Below, piece by piece: positions 51,593 through 64,000 of a stretch of 64,000 bases of DNA. The first letter of the stretch is position 1, and each line of letters opens with the position of its first letter. Under the pieces are notes generated by a model that was not told where the DNA came from, searched no databases, and saw nothing but the letters and a program-made list of their open reading frames with translations. The DNA is from Octopus sinensis (Eukaryota): the NCBI RefSeq assembly GCF_006345805.1, contig NC_043020.1, positions 19,840,001 through 19,904,000 of the forward strand, written 5' to 3'. The position numbers and the translations under genes were made by a program.

Positions 51593-52208
51593 CCAAGAGA
51601 GTTAAAGGTTGTGAATCCAACCCACTAAGGGATAATATCTATACTTAAATGTACATACATATTTACATTTATAAGCATACACAATAATCAATTATTTTTA
51701 TAATCATTAGATGCATTAAATTATTCATATTAGATAAAATATAAACAGAGGTATGAGAAAGTTATACGAAGAGTAATTTGTAATTTATAAAATCGATATA
51801 TCTTAAAGTTATTTCAGTTATGTAAGAACGAAACTGCATACACACGAGGAACATATATACACACACACACATGCACACACGCACAAATATATATACATAT
51901 ATATATATATATACATATATATTTTTCCGCATACTTATATATACGTACGGTATTATATATGTTTAGAAGGGAGGATCAGTGCATTAGTTTATTTCATTAT
52001 AATTATAACAATAATACGCAAACTTATTTATATTTACCTATAAAAATGATATAAGTTTTATATATTTTATATGTAAAGCATAATATGTTATACATGTATG
52101 TATATTCTTGTAATTGTCATTTTAGTGAATGAATAAATAAATAAGTTGACATAATATAATGTCTAAAAGTTGATGACCCACCTATTGATCCCCTCCATTT
52201 TCTTATTG

Positions 52209-52307
<99 letters not shown>

Positions 52308-52391
52308 ATCCAAACAAGAAAACACAACAACGCGAGGACGTGGAACAAATATACTATTATTGGACGCTCAGGAAGGAAGGGAAGAAGGAGG

Positions 52392-52426
52392 GTTTAACGT
52401 TTCGAGCGGAGCTCTTCGTCGGAAAC
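52392..52426 (-). ncRNA. Minimal hammerhead-like motif, variant core CCGACGA
   Basis: GTTT-CCGACGA-A-GAGC-TCC-GCTC-GAAAC-GTT-AAAC, with perfect stems I and II. Confidence 0.5.
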
Positions 52427-53039
52427 ATAGGAGAAGGAAAAATCCAGAGAAGGGAAGACAGAGGGAAAAAAATTGCCATCGGTACATGTGTTTGTGTGTG
52501 TGTGTATGTATGTATGTAACGGTTAGTTCTTCGTTGCAGTCGAGGGTCACCAATTTGTAACGGTTGTTGTTAGGTGTTGGTCGCCAGTATGCAGGATGGA
52601 AGAAGAACAGTGATTGAAGTTGTAAAGAGATTTTTATTTACCGTTACTTTGTATATATCCAAAACTATGATGGGTTGGTATGTATAATTAGTAAATGGAA
52701 AAGCATGCGAAGTAAAAAGAGCTAATTTCGGCCGGTATATGAGTACACGATCTCATAGTAGTATATAGAGAGATATGGTAATCTTACAGAGAAAAGAAAG
52801 TGAGTTAGTGAAAGTGAGAAAGTCGAGGGAAGTTGTCTCGCATAGTCGCTGATGGTAACTTTCTTTTTCGCTCTGGCCGTTTGGCCTCTAGTGGCTTCCT
52901 GCTTGTGGCCATGACTCTAGTTGTCCGTTCACACCAACTGTCGCTCTCACTAATTTCTTTATTGCCAATACATGGCTCACATAGTGGGGACAGCACAAAA
53001 CATTTAGGGACTGGGGTTATACATTAGTTAGTTCGTATA

Positions 53040-54955
53040 AAAATTGGATATAATGAAATCGAATGAATATGAAGAATACAATGATATCGAAATGAATTTA
53101 AAATTAAGTGATAATATATTTTCCGGGTTTGTGTTCGACCCACCGGTTTTTTTCTTCCTTTTTTACTCTTATATTAATTATTTTGTTGTTTTTTCTTTTG
53201 TTTTTTTTCCTTCTTTTCTGTTCACTAGCGCGGCCCCATTCACCCTCAACTTCCTTACGACATTTGTCCATCTTTTCTCAAACGTTCTTTGAGGCAGGCA
53301 CCTCTTCTCCAGACTGATCTTCCAGGACAGGTGGTAGTTAAAAAAACTAACCAACCCGTGTCCGGAGATAAAGTTGCCTGTCTCGATTCCTCTTCCACGC
53401 GTCACCCATACTGTCTCTTTCAATACGGCTACTACGCAGAAAAATGACGCTTCCTTGTCCTTGTCAAAGGAGGGAGGCGGCACAATCTTGAAAGACTCAG
53501 TCGATAACCGTACTCTTTCTGTATCTGACACAAGTTGTTCGACATAGGTTTTGAATCCCCTCAGTTCCTCACAATGTACGGAGGCGTGCGTGACAGTTTC
53601 ATGGACACGCCCGCATCTCGGGCATACGGGTGGGATACCTGCACTATGTCTTGACAACCTCTCTCAAACTGGCAAGGCCGATCGTTAGCACAACCAAGCC
53701 AAGGATTTCTGGAAGTTGTCCAGATACCTCAGCCCGAATGTTCTTCCGAACAAGTTGACAAGTTGTTCCTCATCGAAGCCTAGAGTCTCCCCCAGGACGT
53801 CGTCGGACATGTGCTCTACCAACCCGCTATAAAGATCCGCAGTGGCAGCCCTGCTGCGGGTATTGCTCGCTCGGGAGAACAGAGCGAGTGCATGTCTGCA
53901 CTCCCTCTGCCATTCGCTCATTTTTGGTCTCCGCGTGATCCATGCGCCCACGTCCCGCAAGAACGTCAATTGTGGCAAGAAGAACTTGACATGCGGTGAC
54001 CAGACCCGTTCACCATCAAGGTAGAGCCAGTGGTGTCTCAGCCTCAGCGCAAATCATGCGCATCATCAGCCAAGGCATCCCTAACCCGCCTTTTAACGGT
54101 TTCTGGTAGCAGATGGAGCGCTTCACAAGTGGTGGTTTCCCATTCCACAAAAAGTGGAAAAGGATCCGTTCCATCTTGGTCAGCCACACACCGGGGTAAG
54201 GCACAACGGTTAGGCGGTAGGTTATCACGTATGCTATAAACACCTGAGCAACCTCGGCCCTCCCTAGCAAGGATAGCGACCTCTCAGACCAAGTCTGGGT
54301 TATGGCTGTCACCTTGCCTGTGACGTCGCTCCAGTTTTTCTCCATCTGGAGATCTGGTCTAAACCAGACCCCAAGCAGTTTAACAGGGCCCTCCGTCCAA
54401 CGTCCTACGATGCTGTTGGGAAGCATCGACTTGCCCCTCCAGGTGCCGAGTTGCAAGCCGACTGATTTTTCCTGGTTAATTTTTGCTCCTTCCACCGCTT
54501 CGTATCTTTTGATGGCGTCTTCTACATGAGGTAGCTGCCCCCCATCATACACGATGATGGAGACATCATCTGCATATGCCATCGCTCCTCTACCATAACA
54601 TAGATCATGCGGGTCTTTCCCCGTGGCCTCCAACATCCGCAGCAGTGGCTCAAGAGCCAGCACATACATGAGCGGGGACAAGGGGCAGCCCTGGCGAACT
54701 GAACGCTCAGTCGCGAACGGCTCCGAGAAGAAACTGTTCACCCGGACGACTGAATCGATGTCGCTATAAATAGCATTGATCCATCCACGGAAAGTCGACC
54801 GCCCGGAGGACCGCCGCCAGATACCGACGGTCAACCCTATCAAATGCGTTAGACTGGTCTAAATTCACCAGCGCCCCACATTTGCCAACCCGCCAAGTGG
54901 CGAAGACATGATTCCGGCTTAGCGAAGGCATCTGGTAAACGCACCTGCTATCACT
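53040..54955 (-). mobile_element. Tx1/L1-type non-LTR retrotransposon, 5'-truncated
   Basis: AFDRVD, SVRQGCPLSPLMYVLALEPLL, YADDVS, GAKINQEKS, GGLGMP; C-terminal CPRCG..HET..H...HC zinc knuckle; frameshifts. Confidence 0.9.
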
Positions 54956-55310
54956 CACACAAAAACTCTTGTTTTACCGTGAGAAAAGTGCTGTTGAAGT
55001 GTTAAGTGAAATTTGACTATCTCCTTTGTAAATTGGAGAGTTGGGTGCAGATTGTTCAGGAGGACATTGAATTCTTCCAGAGTATCCAGAGATTTTGTCC
55101 AGATCATGAAGCTATCGTCAAGATATCTCTTCCATGTATCTTCAATATACCTTCTAAATTCAGTGCCGTAGTTTTCCTCTCTCCTTGATAGAATTGTTTT
55201 TCTAAGTATCTCATTATGGAGTTTGCAGAATCGTGAGAAAATCTTGTTCCCATCCCTGTGCTCTAACTTGGATGTAATTCTTTCTATTGGAAAATGTGTT
55301 ATTTTCAAGG
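54955..55310 (-). mobile_element. PLE RT fragment
   Basis: WKRYLDDSFMIWTKS...FNVLLNNLHPTLQFTKE. Confidence 0.8.
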
Positions 55311-55659
55311 ATAAGTTCGACTGCGATTTACATTTTTAAACTTACCTAAACTCAGTAATTTTGACCATTCCAAAGCTTTAACTTGTCTTTACATGCAGCT
55401 TCTGATTACTGTCTTCTATACCTAAAGCAAAAATTATGTCATCCAGCTTAACATTCCATCACCATGAACTTCCTAAGCTCCTCATTACAAAATCCACGAC
55501 TCCAGATACTATTACTTCGACGAAGATGTCCTATCATAGTCATGGATATGAAAGCTCTTAAGTTCTTTTTTCCGTGCTGCACACCTCCTTCATATCTAGC
55601 ATTCCTGCACTTTTCGTTCAACTCGTCCTCACTTTAAACTGCTTCTTCTTCTGAGATGA

Positions 55660-55960
55660 TTACCATCATGGGAGCAGAATATCCTTGAGTAACTTGTTTG
55701 TGGATCACATCGAGGTACATGTTTCTACGCAGTTCACTGGACCGAACCCGGAGATATGTGGCTGTTACATCGATGCTTGTAATGAGGCCGCTTCTCTCAC
55801 AAAGGAACAATTCAGTCTTTTCGTCTCTTCCACCGCCACACTGGAATTCACTACTATCAGATCCAACACCATCTCTGCAATCATCGACTTCATTGACATT
55901 TCGGTCTCTATCGATAGCACTCTTCCCCCATTTCTGGTCACTATAGACTAATAGTTCCCT
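55660..55960 (+). mobile_element. Degenerate PLE RT fragment
   Basis: NLFVDHIE...FTGPNPEICGCYID...DFIDISVSI is homologous to the RT at 58200-58450. Confidence 0.7.
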
Positions 55961-58114
55961 ACTTATTTACACGCCTTTCTCGACGTTTCCTTCTTAACCT
56001 CCACACAGACCAAATCTGTCGGTTCCATTTCAATAAAGATCTCTAGCTTTGATATCAAACCTCATACACATGTATGTATGTGTGTGTGCGTGCGTGCGTG
56101 TGTGTGCGTGCGTGCATGTGTGTGTGTGTGTGTGTGTGTGCGCGTGTGTTTGTGTGTGTGTGTGCGCGCGCGCATACATACATTTACTCAAGTTTAGAGG
56201 CACATGAATTCAGACAATACAGGTTTAGCTCATCTAAACGGGATGTTTAATTACAGAGTGCACAACGACTCAACGGTCAGTCGGTGTTATGGCTTACATC
56301 TTATGCAAATTAGACAAATAAGTAGCAGGAGCTTTAAATATATCACAAAAAGAAAATATGTAGTACAGTTACGTGTACATCTTTTGAAGAATACGTGAAC
56401 TTGAATGTATAAAGCAAGAGTTATTTCCCTTCTACGTTTATTAAAGAGTTATTCCCCTTCCTGTGTTGACGCTGATGGATTTGCAGATCAATTAGAGTAT
56501 GGCGTTATTTTTTTACAGCACTAATGTAAGAGAGCAATATTACTCAATTTCGTCATAAGACTCACTGGTTAAGAAGTATGTGTATACATTCGTGTTTGCG
56601 GTTGTTTATGTGTGTATGTATGTAAGTGTGTCCGTGTCCTTGTCTATCTTTAAGTTAATATCGGTGTTCGTCTATGTTCCGTAACTTCATGGTCTGACAA
56701 ATAAATTAACTACCAAAGTTCTGGGGTCGATGTGAACGGCTTAAACCATTGACGGAGGCGCCCCAGCATGGCTGCAGTCCAATGACTGAAACAGATAAAG
56801 GAATATTTGTATATACAAGCCATTTCCAAAATCTAAATATTTGCACAGTATGTTATTTTTACGGTTCTAGCATAGTGAAATAGTTGTTAACACATGTGTA
56901 GTCCTTTATTATAGCGTACCGCTTCGTTGTTAGATTGTGACTTCTGGGCGTAAAAGAATAATCGGATGAACTGTACATCAGTTCAATAGTTTAATTGTTA
57001 CTGAATCGAATTTGACTGGGGACAGTGCAATGGGATTGCTTGTGTTCTCAGGTCAATCCTTCATCAACTTCTCTTAGTACTACTTGAGCTGGAAGGTTAA
57101 GGTAGCAAGGGAGGTGATGTCCACTCCCACCGTTCAATTTATGAAACATGGGTGAGGCTGAGGAAACTGGGAAAACAGGCAAGCCTAAATGGACCTAAAT
57201 TATCTGGCTGTAGGTTAGCGGAAATAATAGGGAAAAGGCATATACCTTTAGTGAGTCAGGGTAATCCAGTGCTGTGTCTGTTGTTGCTTCCATTATGTCG
57301 GAGAACTTTTGTTCTGTACTGTGAGTTCTTTTTTAATTATTTAATGTTGTGTCTTTATTGGTCTTCTTGTAAATCCCTTATTTTAATTCTATGTATTTTG
57401 CCACTCTATTGTCCCCTATGGTCATGGTTGTTGGACAATGACTGAAAGAGTACAATCGCGAATACAAGCGATGTCTTTCCCCGGAAAGACATCTGAGGTA
57501 ACGTTACATGACTAGGTACCGTAGCTTGGAGATCAGGAAGTCTCTGCGGCGAACTGTCACTTCTCTGCATTGAGAAGTCACAACTCCGTCCTACAGACAT
57601 GATTAGAATGTTACCTAAAAGGTTCAAGCAGGAGACTTAGTGGTAGATGGTATGATGGTTGGAAAATAGCCATAGTTTCAGTTGGTCATGCCTGAGAATC
57701 CAACCAGAAAATCTAATTACAGTTGCTCCTAATAGGACTCTATGGAGAAGGTAGCTGAGGACCCTATCCCCACGATCCTTCGAGGAATAGGGGGCGGATA
57801 AGATGGATGGATGGATGGATACTGTTCCCAACAGTATCCATGACAATATTCTGTGATATTTGTTCTGACTTACTGCATTCTGAATTCAAATCCCACCGAA
57901 GTCAACTTCGTCTTTCATCATTTCAAGTATTGGAGTGATTATGATCGACATAGACCACTACACTGAAAGTTCTTGCTTTGTGTTTATGTTAGGAACACAT
58001 TATATAAGCGATTTTTGTTTATTTTGTTCTATTCCTTATTACATGAGCATTCATGGAAAACTAAATTTAACAACGAACAATAGCTTATGGTTTAATTCAT
58101 TCTCTTATGGACTA

Positions 58115-60065
58115 AAGAGAACAGGAGGAGACACGTGGGATGGAGAGTCGCCGAAGAGGTCACAAGATGTACAGAAGTGGCCATGGGAACGAGAATGGGC
58201 CCCAACTATGCGAACCTGTTCTTTGGCTACGTTGAGGCCCAAATATTCTCAAGTTTCACTGGTCCCACTCCCGAACTATACGGCCGTTATATTGACGACT
58301 GTATCAGTGCGACCTCATTCTCCCGCGAACATCTAGACTCCTTCCTCTCTTTTGTCAAATCCTTCCATCCTTCCCTCCACTTCTCCATTATCTCTGACAC
58401 CTCTGTCTCCTTTCTTGACATTTCAGTCAGCATTCATCACTCCACTCTCACCACCTCCATCCACTACAAACACACAGACTCACACTCAAACTTCAACTTC
58501 TCCTCCTCCCACACAAAACACACCACGCTTTCCATTCCCTATTCCAAATTCCTCCGTCTGCGCAGGCTCTGTAGTGACGACTATGACTTTGAGACTCATG
58601 GCTCGCCGCTTCATCCTATGTGAATATCCCCTCACCACTATCCACACCGCCCTTGCCAGAGCACGTTCCATGGACCGTGCATCTGCTCTCTCCCACCGAA
58701 CCCACCCCGCCGTCTCCCGCCTCCCATTTCTCCACACCTACCACCCCACAACCCTACCTCTCCAACGCACCATTCTCCGAGCCTTCCGGCGACTCCAGTC
58801 CGACCCCTCCACTTCGCCCATCTTCCTTAACCGATTCCTCCCCGCCTTCAAACGTGTCCTTAACCTACGAGACCTCTTGGTCCATAGTTTCTTCCCTAAC
58901 CCAACCTCCCAAGCCGGCTCGTTTCCCTGCTCCTGCATACACTGCCGCACTTGCCCTTACCTCTCCAACACCACCCTCCTCACCGGCACCCATCATCGAC
59001 CCCATCACATCACCGACTCTTTCACCTGCACTTCTACCAATGTCATCTGCTGCATCTGCTGCTCTCTCTGCCATTCTCTATTCATCGGGAAAACGGGACG
59101 CTGCTTGGCTGACCGATTCGCGGAACACCTTCGAGACATCCTACTCGGCAATGATACACCGGTCTCGCGCCATTTCCGCTCTACCGGTCACTGTTTGCAA
59201 CACCTGTCCGTGTTCGGATTGTCCTTGCACAGGGGCCATCCGGACTCCCGTTTGCGCCGTGAACAGGGTTTAATCTTCTCTTCCTCTCTTCATTCAACCT
59301 CCTTCCCTCTCTCACCCTCATACCTACTTCCTCCCACTCACCTCTCCTCTCTTGCTCCGACTCCTACTCTCCTTCTCTCTTCTCTTCACTCCTTCCCACC
59401 TTCTCCTTCACCCTTCATCGTCACCCCTCCCTCGTAGCCCCACCCCACCCCTACACATTCGAACCCCACCTTCCCTATCCTTCCCATCCTACCCCACCCA
59501 TCTCTTACATCCCCTCCTACATACGCCGCCTTTATTCTCACCCTCTTCCTACCCACATACACCCCCTCTAACCCCACCCCATCCTAACCCACACCCCACC
59601 CTTGCTTTCCCCACTCTCGCCTCTCTCATCTCCCAGCACCATCACACCACACCACTACACCATACACCACCATACCACACAACACATCACATCACATCAC
59701 ACCACCATGCGCACAATAGCACTGACCACTTCCCAGCCCTACATCTTCACACCTACACATACACACACGCACACGTCAAGGTCACCAGCCCTCTTCCACA
59801 CGCACATACATACTCTCTTATACACATGCACGCGCACCTTTGTTTTGGGATCACCACTACTTTATTATCTCCCCTTCTTCCTAGCTCTCCTGTCTGGCAT
59901 GATAGATCGTTAGCCACTACACATTCCTTATTTTCTTGCCTTGTTTCTTTCTGTGTTCCTTTCTGTGGAAGGGCTCGAAACGTTAAAGACTTTTTCACTT
60001 CCCGAGCGTTAAACTAATACATATGTTTTTTTCTACATCACCTGCCTTCGTCTTTTGTTTAGTCT
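58115..60065 (+). mobile_element. Penelope-like retroelement, 5'-truncated (RT C-terminus, GIY-YIG, 3' terminal region)
   Basis: GVAMGTRMGPNYANLF and YGRYIDDC (RT); C..C.TCPY, FTCTSTNVICCICCSLC..LFIGKTGRCLADRFAEHLRDI..VSRHF (PLE GIY-YIG); frameshifted; C/T-rich 3' region ending in an HHR-like motif. Confidence 0.9.
59959..59988 (+). ncRNA. Minimal hammerhead-like motif, variant core CTGTGGA, at a PLE 3' terminus
   Basis: CTTT-CTGTGGA-AGGGCTC-GAAAC-GTT-AAAG. Stem II is shortened relative to the sister copies at 16657-16692 and 45036-45070. Confidence 0.4.
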
Positions 60066-60085
60066 TTTTTGTTTTTGTGAAGTCT

Positions 60086-60150
<65 letters not shown>

Positions 60151-60940
60151 TTATTTATATTATATATGTAAAGTTTTATTCTATATTTCGCAGCGTACGT
60201 GCACAATCTCTTTATGTTTGTCATATCTCCACCCTTGCACGATGTCTTTACACTTTCTCTTTCCTTCCGCCATTGCTTCTTTGCCAAGTTGTTTTGGCGC
60301 CTTTTTCTCCCAGCCTTTCTGATTCCTTCTCTCTCTCTCTCTCTCTCTCTCTTGGTCACTGCTTCTGTCCTCAGCCTTCCACCCTCCTTGGTCCCCTCTC
60401 TCTCTGTCCCTCTTTCCCTCTCTCTTACTCCCTTCTCTCTCTTACCCTCTTGCGACTTGCTGCCTCAGCCATTCCGTTGCCAATGGCCGCTTGTTCAACA
60501 TGTGTCCCCTCACCGAAAAGGTAATTGTTTTTCCACGCTTGCTGATAAATTGTTTTTGTGTCTCATTTTGTCTCAAAGCCGTAGGGCGCCTGTCTCATCC
60601 TTTTTTTTAACCGTTACTGTCTTCAAAAAAGATTTTTTCGTTTCATGTTCGTCTCTGTTGCGTTGAATTCTTTCCTTCTGGGACTGGCCAATTCAGAGCA
60701 GATCTCAGAATTAAACAGCCGAAATTTGCAATGATGAATCGGTTTCTGACTGAAGAATGAAGGCTTTGAATGACCCGTCTGTTTTCTATGTTCGTCCCTT
60801 CGTGTATCTCACGTTATTTATATTTATATATGTAAAGTTTTATTCTCTATATATATATGTATGTATTTTCACTTAGAGATAGTAGACCCCTTCTTCTCAC
60901 CATATAAAAAAGAATTTTTATTTTAAATACCTATTGTTTT

Positions 60941-61047
60941 ATAACTTGGCAACACGTGTTTCATGAGATACATTACCCGGTTCTTAAACCACTCCGTGTT
61001 TTGCTGGAACCTTTCTTAAAATGTAACCCCAATCATCAGGCCCTTAT
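60941..61047 (-). ncRNA. Hammerhead-like motif with long stem II
   Basis: Minus strand: GGC-CTGATGA-T-TGGGGTTACATT...AATGTATCTCA-T-GAAAC-ACGT-GTT-GCC; U-U mismatch at the position closing stem II. Confidence 0.45.
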
Positions 61048-61421
61048 ATCACTTTATCATCGTTCAATACGATAAACTATATTTTAATTTTTTTTAAATC
61101 CATAAGTATGTGTAAAATAGGTACGTGTAAATTAGGTTCGCTGGACCCTACAGTACAAGCCATAATTCAAATAAAAAATTACAAAAATAAAAAATAAAAA
61201 TTAGAAAAATAGAATAAGAAATAAAAATGCGAAAAAAAATACGAAAAATTTACAAAATCTATGTTAGTAATATATAGGGTTAAAAATAAAATATATACTT
61301 GTGATAATATAAAATGATATAAAAAGAAAGGAATGGCAAAAAAATATATACGAATAAAAATAGAAATAAAAGGGATGGCAAGAAAAATATATAGAAATAA
61401 AAATAAATATTATAAATTATA

Positions 61422-61823
61422 GGCGCAGGAGTGGCTGTGTGGTAAGTAACTTGCTAACCAACCACATGGTTCCGGGTTCAGTCCCACTGCGTGGCACCTT
61501 GGGCAAGTGTCTTCTGCTATAGCCCCGGGCCGACCAATGCCTTGTGAGTGGATTTGGTAGACGGAAACTGAAAGAAGCCTGTCGTATATATGTATATATA
61601 TATGTATGTGTGTGTGTTTGTGTGTCAGTGTGTTTGTCCCCCTAGCATTGCTTGACAACCGATGCTGGTGAGTTTACGTCCCCGTCACTTAGCGGTTCGG
61701 CAAAAGAAACCGATAGAATAAGTACTGGGTTTACAAAAGAATAAGTCCCGGGGTCGAGTTGCTCGACTAAAGGCGGTGCTCCAGCATGGCCACAGTCAAA
61801 TGACTGAAACAAGTCAAAGAGTA
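61422..61823 (+). mobile_element. tRNA-derived CORE-like SINE, most intact copy
   Basis: A/B boxes (TGGCTGTGTGGTAAG ... GGGTTCAGTCCC), GGCACCTTGGGCAAGTGTC core, internal microsatellite, tail GACTGAAACAAGT. Other copies at about 1323-1745(+), 2310-2450(+), 3736-4105(+), 5775-5920(+), 6128-6497(-), 7245-7480(+), 10510-10685(-), 15310-15475(-), 16280-16430(-), 18640-18740(-), 26320-26480(-), 28710-29107(+), 30322-30750(-), 39880-40135 and 56600-56800(+). Confidence 0.9.
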
Positions 61824-62295
61824 AATACTAATAAACATGGAGGCAATGACGAATAAAGATTTTCGAATAAAAGCTATACTACTAATTACGAACTGCAAAA
61901 TTTACAAGTGAAACGAATGATAATTTTTAAAAATTTACAAAATAAAATAAAAATAACTCGATGGTAACGTAAATGAAAATATACAATTCACTGATGGCTC
62001 CATTATCCTACAACGTCTTAATTATGGCTTGACATTGCAAAGTCCTGCGAAGTACTCACACCCCTCCTACCTGCTTCTTTTAAACTATTATTTAAATAAC
62101 ATATTATCTAAATAGTAAACATGGTCCACGAAACTACAAAAATGCATCATGGGAACATTACTTTTTGTATTCCGTATTATTTCGTATTATTCCGCCCTTT
62201 AATCACTCACTACTATTCATCCCCACATCTAATGGTAAGTTTTTATTCATATTAAATAATAATAGTATTAATAATACTTTCGCTAAAATTTAGGG

Positions 62296-63303
62296 TTAGG
62301 CGTTATTAATTAGGTATTTCAGTCTATGTTTACATTTAATTTTTCGTTCCTCCTCAGCATTAAGAAGAAGCTCCGTTTTAGCCCATGATATCTCCATGAA
62401 TTCATGGGTACATAACAGACATGACCTATTTCCAATTCTATAAGATTTAGCTTTACATATTATCTCCCACTTTAATTCATAATTAATTTCTTTCGTTTTT
62501 AAACTCCAAACATATTTACTTAGTCCTGTAGAATTCCTAAGTTTCTTATTTTTACATGAATTCAAGTGCTGTGCTATTCTCTGTTTAATTTTATTCGATG
62601 TCGAACCTATATACGTTCTATCTGGGTATATTTCAATATCCGTATTATTTATTCCACTATTTCCATTCCCATCTACTTTTACCGAAGCCGCACATTTATA
62701 TACTACATCCCTAACATTACATCTTCCATTAAAATTGCATTGGTTTTTATCTCTACAGTTACGACTATTACGGTCTCTATCACTCCTATTCATATGCTTA
62801 TTTAATTTATCATAGTAATATTTATTCAGCCTATACTTATATATTGATGAAATAATATTCCCTACATTATTAGTCGTTGAATACCCCACTCCTATAATAT
62901 TTCTAGAGAGTATTTCGATATATTTCTTATTTTCCATAATAAATGATTCAATTGTATTAGTGATATCTTTAATAATATTACTTTTAACTTGAGTACCATA
63001 TGGGACAATCAACCATATTATTTTATTATTATTTTTCTTTATGTTTATATTATTATTAATCCCCTTATCTTTATTAACCCCAGTCTCGTTATTATCTTCT
63101 ATATTATTTACTGTATTGTCTCCTATATGATTTTCTTTTAATTTTAAATCCTTTGCCTTTAATCTCAACCTATCTATATACTTTATATCATTTATATTTT
63201 TCCTGTTTTTTATCATCTTGAATTCCATATTTTTACGGTGTGTTCTTCTATTATTACTTTTATATATATTATTTTTATTTTTTATTTTTATTATAATATA
63301 CAT
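62296..63303 (-). mobile_element. PLE-derived ORF with GIY-YIG endonuclease and no RT (335 aa)
   Basis: WLIVPY..V.SNI, VGYSTTNNV, CNFNGRC..VVYKC, YIGSTSNKIKQRIAQH..S, STGLSKYVWSLK..Y.LKWEII, CLLC..E, C.H..KYL. No RT motifs in the ORF. Confidence 0.85.
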
Positions 63304-64000
63304 TTCTATTCTCGTTTATATTTACGTTTATATTACTCCCTATATTAACTCTATTTAGGTTACTTACGTTATTCTGTTTTATATAATAATTATTCCTATT
63401 CATATTCTTATTATAGAATTTAATTTCTTCGTTATAACCAGCCTACCTTAATGAGGTCCTGGACCTAGGATATTTATATGTGCAGAAATAGCACGGTCCC
63501 TATTACGGAAGCAATTTTGCATTGTTTGTTTCTCTTGAGCTGTGTAGAAGTTCAAGAAGTAATAGAAGCTGAAGAATATTCCGTCCATAAGGTCCAGTTT
63601 AGTGGGGATGCAGTTATTGTTACGTTGAATGTGTGAGATGGTCTGGAGACATCCTCAGTGAGTTTACAGTCAAGGTTTTTTTGGTGACTTTGAGTGGTTT
63701 TGCTACGTGTTGTATGGGGCTAAACAGGTTTAACTAGGTAACTGTATCCTTGGTTAAATCTTAGTTTAGGATATGAAAGAGTGACCGTAAATCTGAAAGA
63801 TTGTAGAAATGACGAGAGCAAAATAGAAAGGAAAGAAAAGGAAAACGAGGCAAACCTTATTTCATTAACTTACTGAATATGATACTCTGTATACCGACAC
63901 CCATATTTATTGTGTTTGCAAGTAATGTATTAAGTGTTGCAGAGTATCATATTCGAAATACGCCGCTTCAAAATAGTATTCCCTGTATCAAACACTAGAT

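Noticed and set aside
63440-63520. TTAATGAGGTCC...GAAA...GTC as a hammerhead upstream of the GIY-YIG ORF
   Set aside because: The core does not match CUGANGA and the stems do not close.

Overview
This is eukaryotic, AT-rich, microsatellite- and SINE-dense DNA. The repeat landscape looks like a coleoid cephalopod, most likely Octopus (inference from repeat types, not a search). One protein-coding gene dominates: an IBTK orthologue on the minus strand (ankyrin repeats, RCC1 repeats, two BTB domains, low-complexity C-terminus). I traced 23 GT-AG, phase-consistent coding exons from the ATG at 45745 down to 4279 (3543 nt, 1181 codons), including a candidate 12-nt microexon at 7917-7928. I could not find the terminal coding exon. 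Introns and the upstream region (about 49-64 kb) hold tRNA-derived SINEs, RTE, Tx1 and CR1/L2 LINE fragments, Tc1/mariner relics, MITEs and many Penelope-like element (PLE) pieces. The least expected signal is a set of hammerhead-ribozyme (HHR) motifs in PLE-type termini and long palindromes. One is a well-formed type I HHR at 41375-41477, whose mirror copy in the host-sense direction has lost its stem I. Another sits in a tRNA-headed palindromic element at 50796-51229. Several are minimal HHRs with variant cores. CpG decay marks the gene body and is absent upstream of about 49 kb. All alignments and folds were done by eye.
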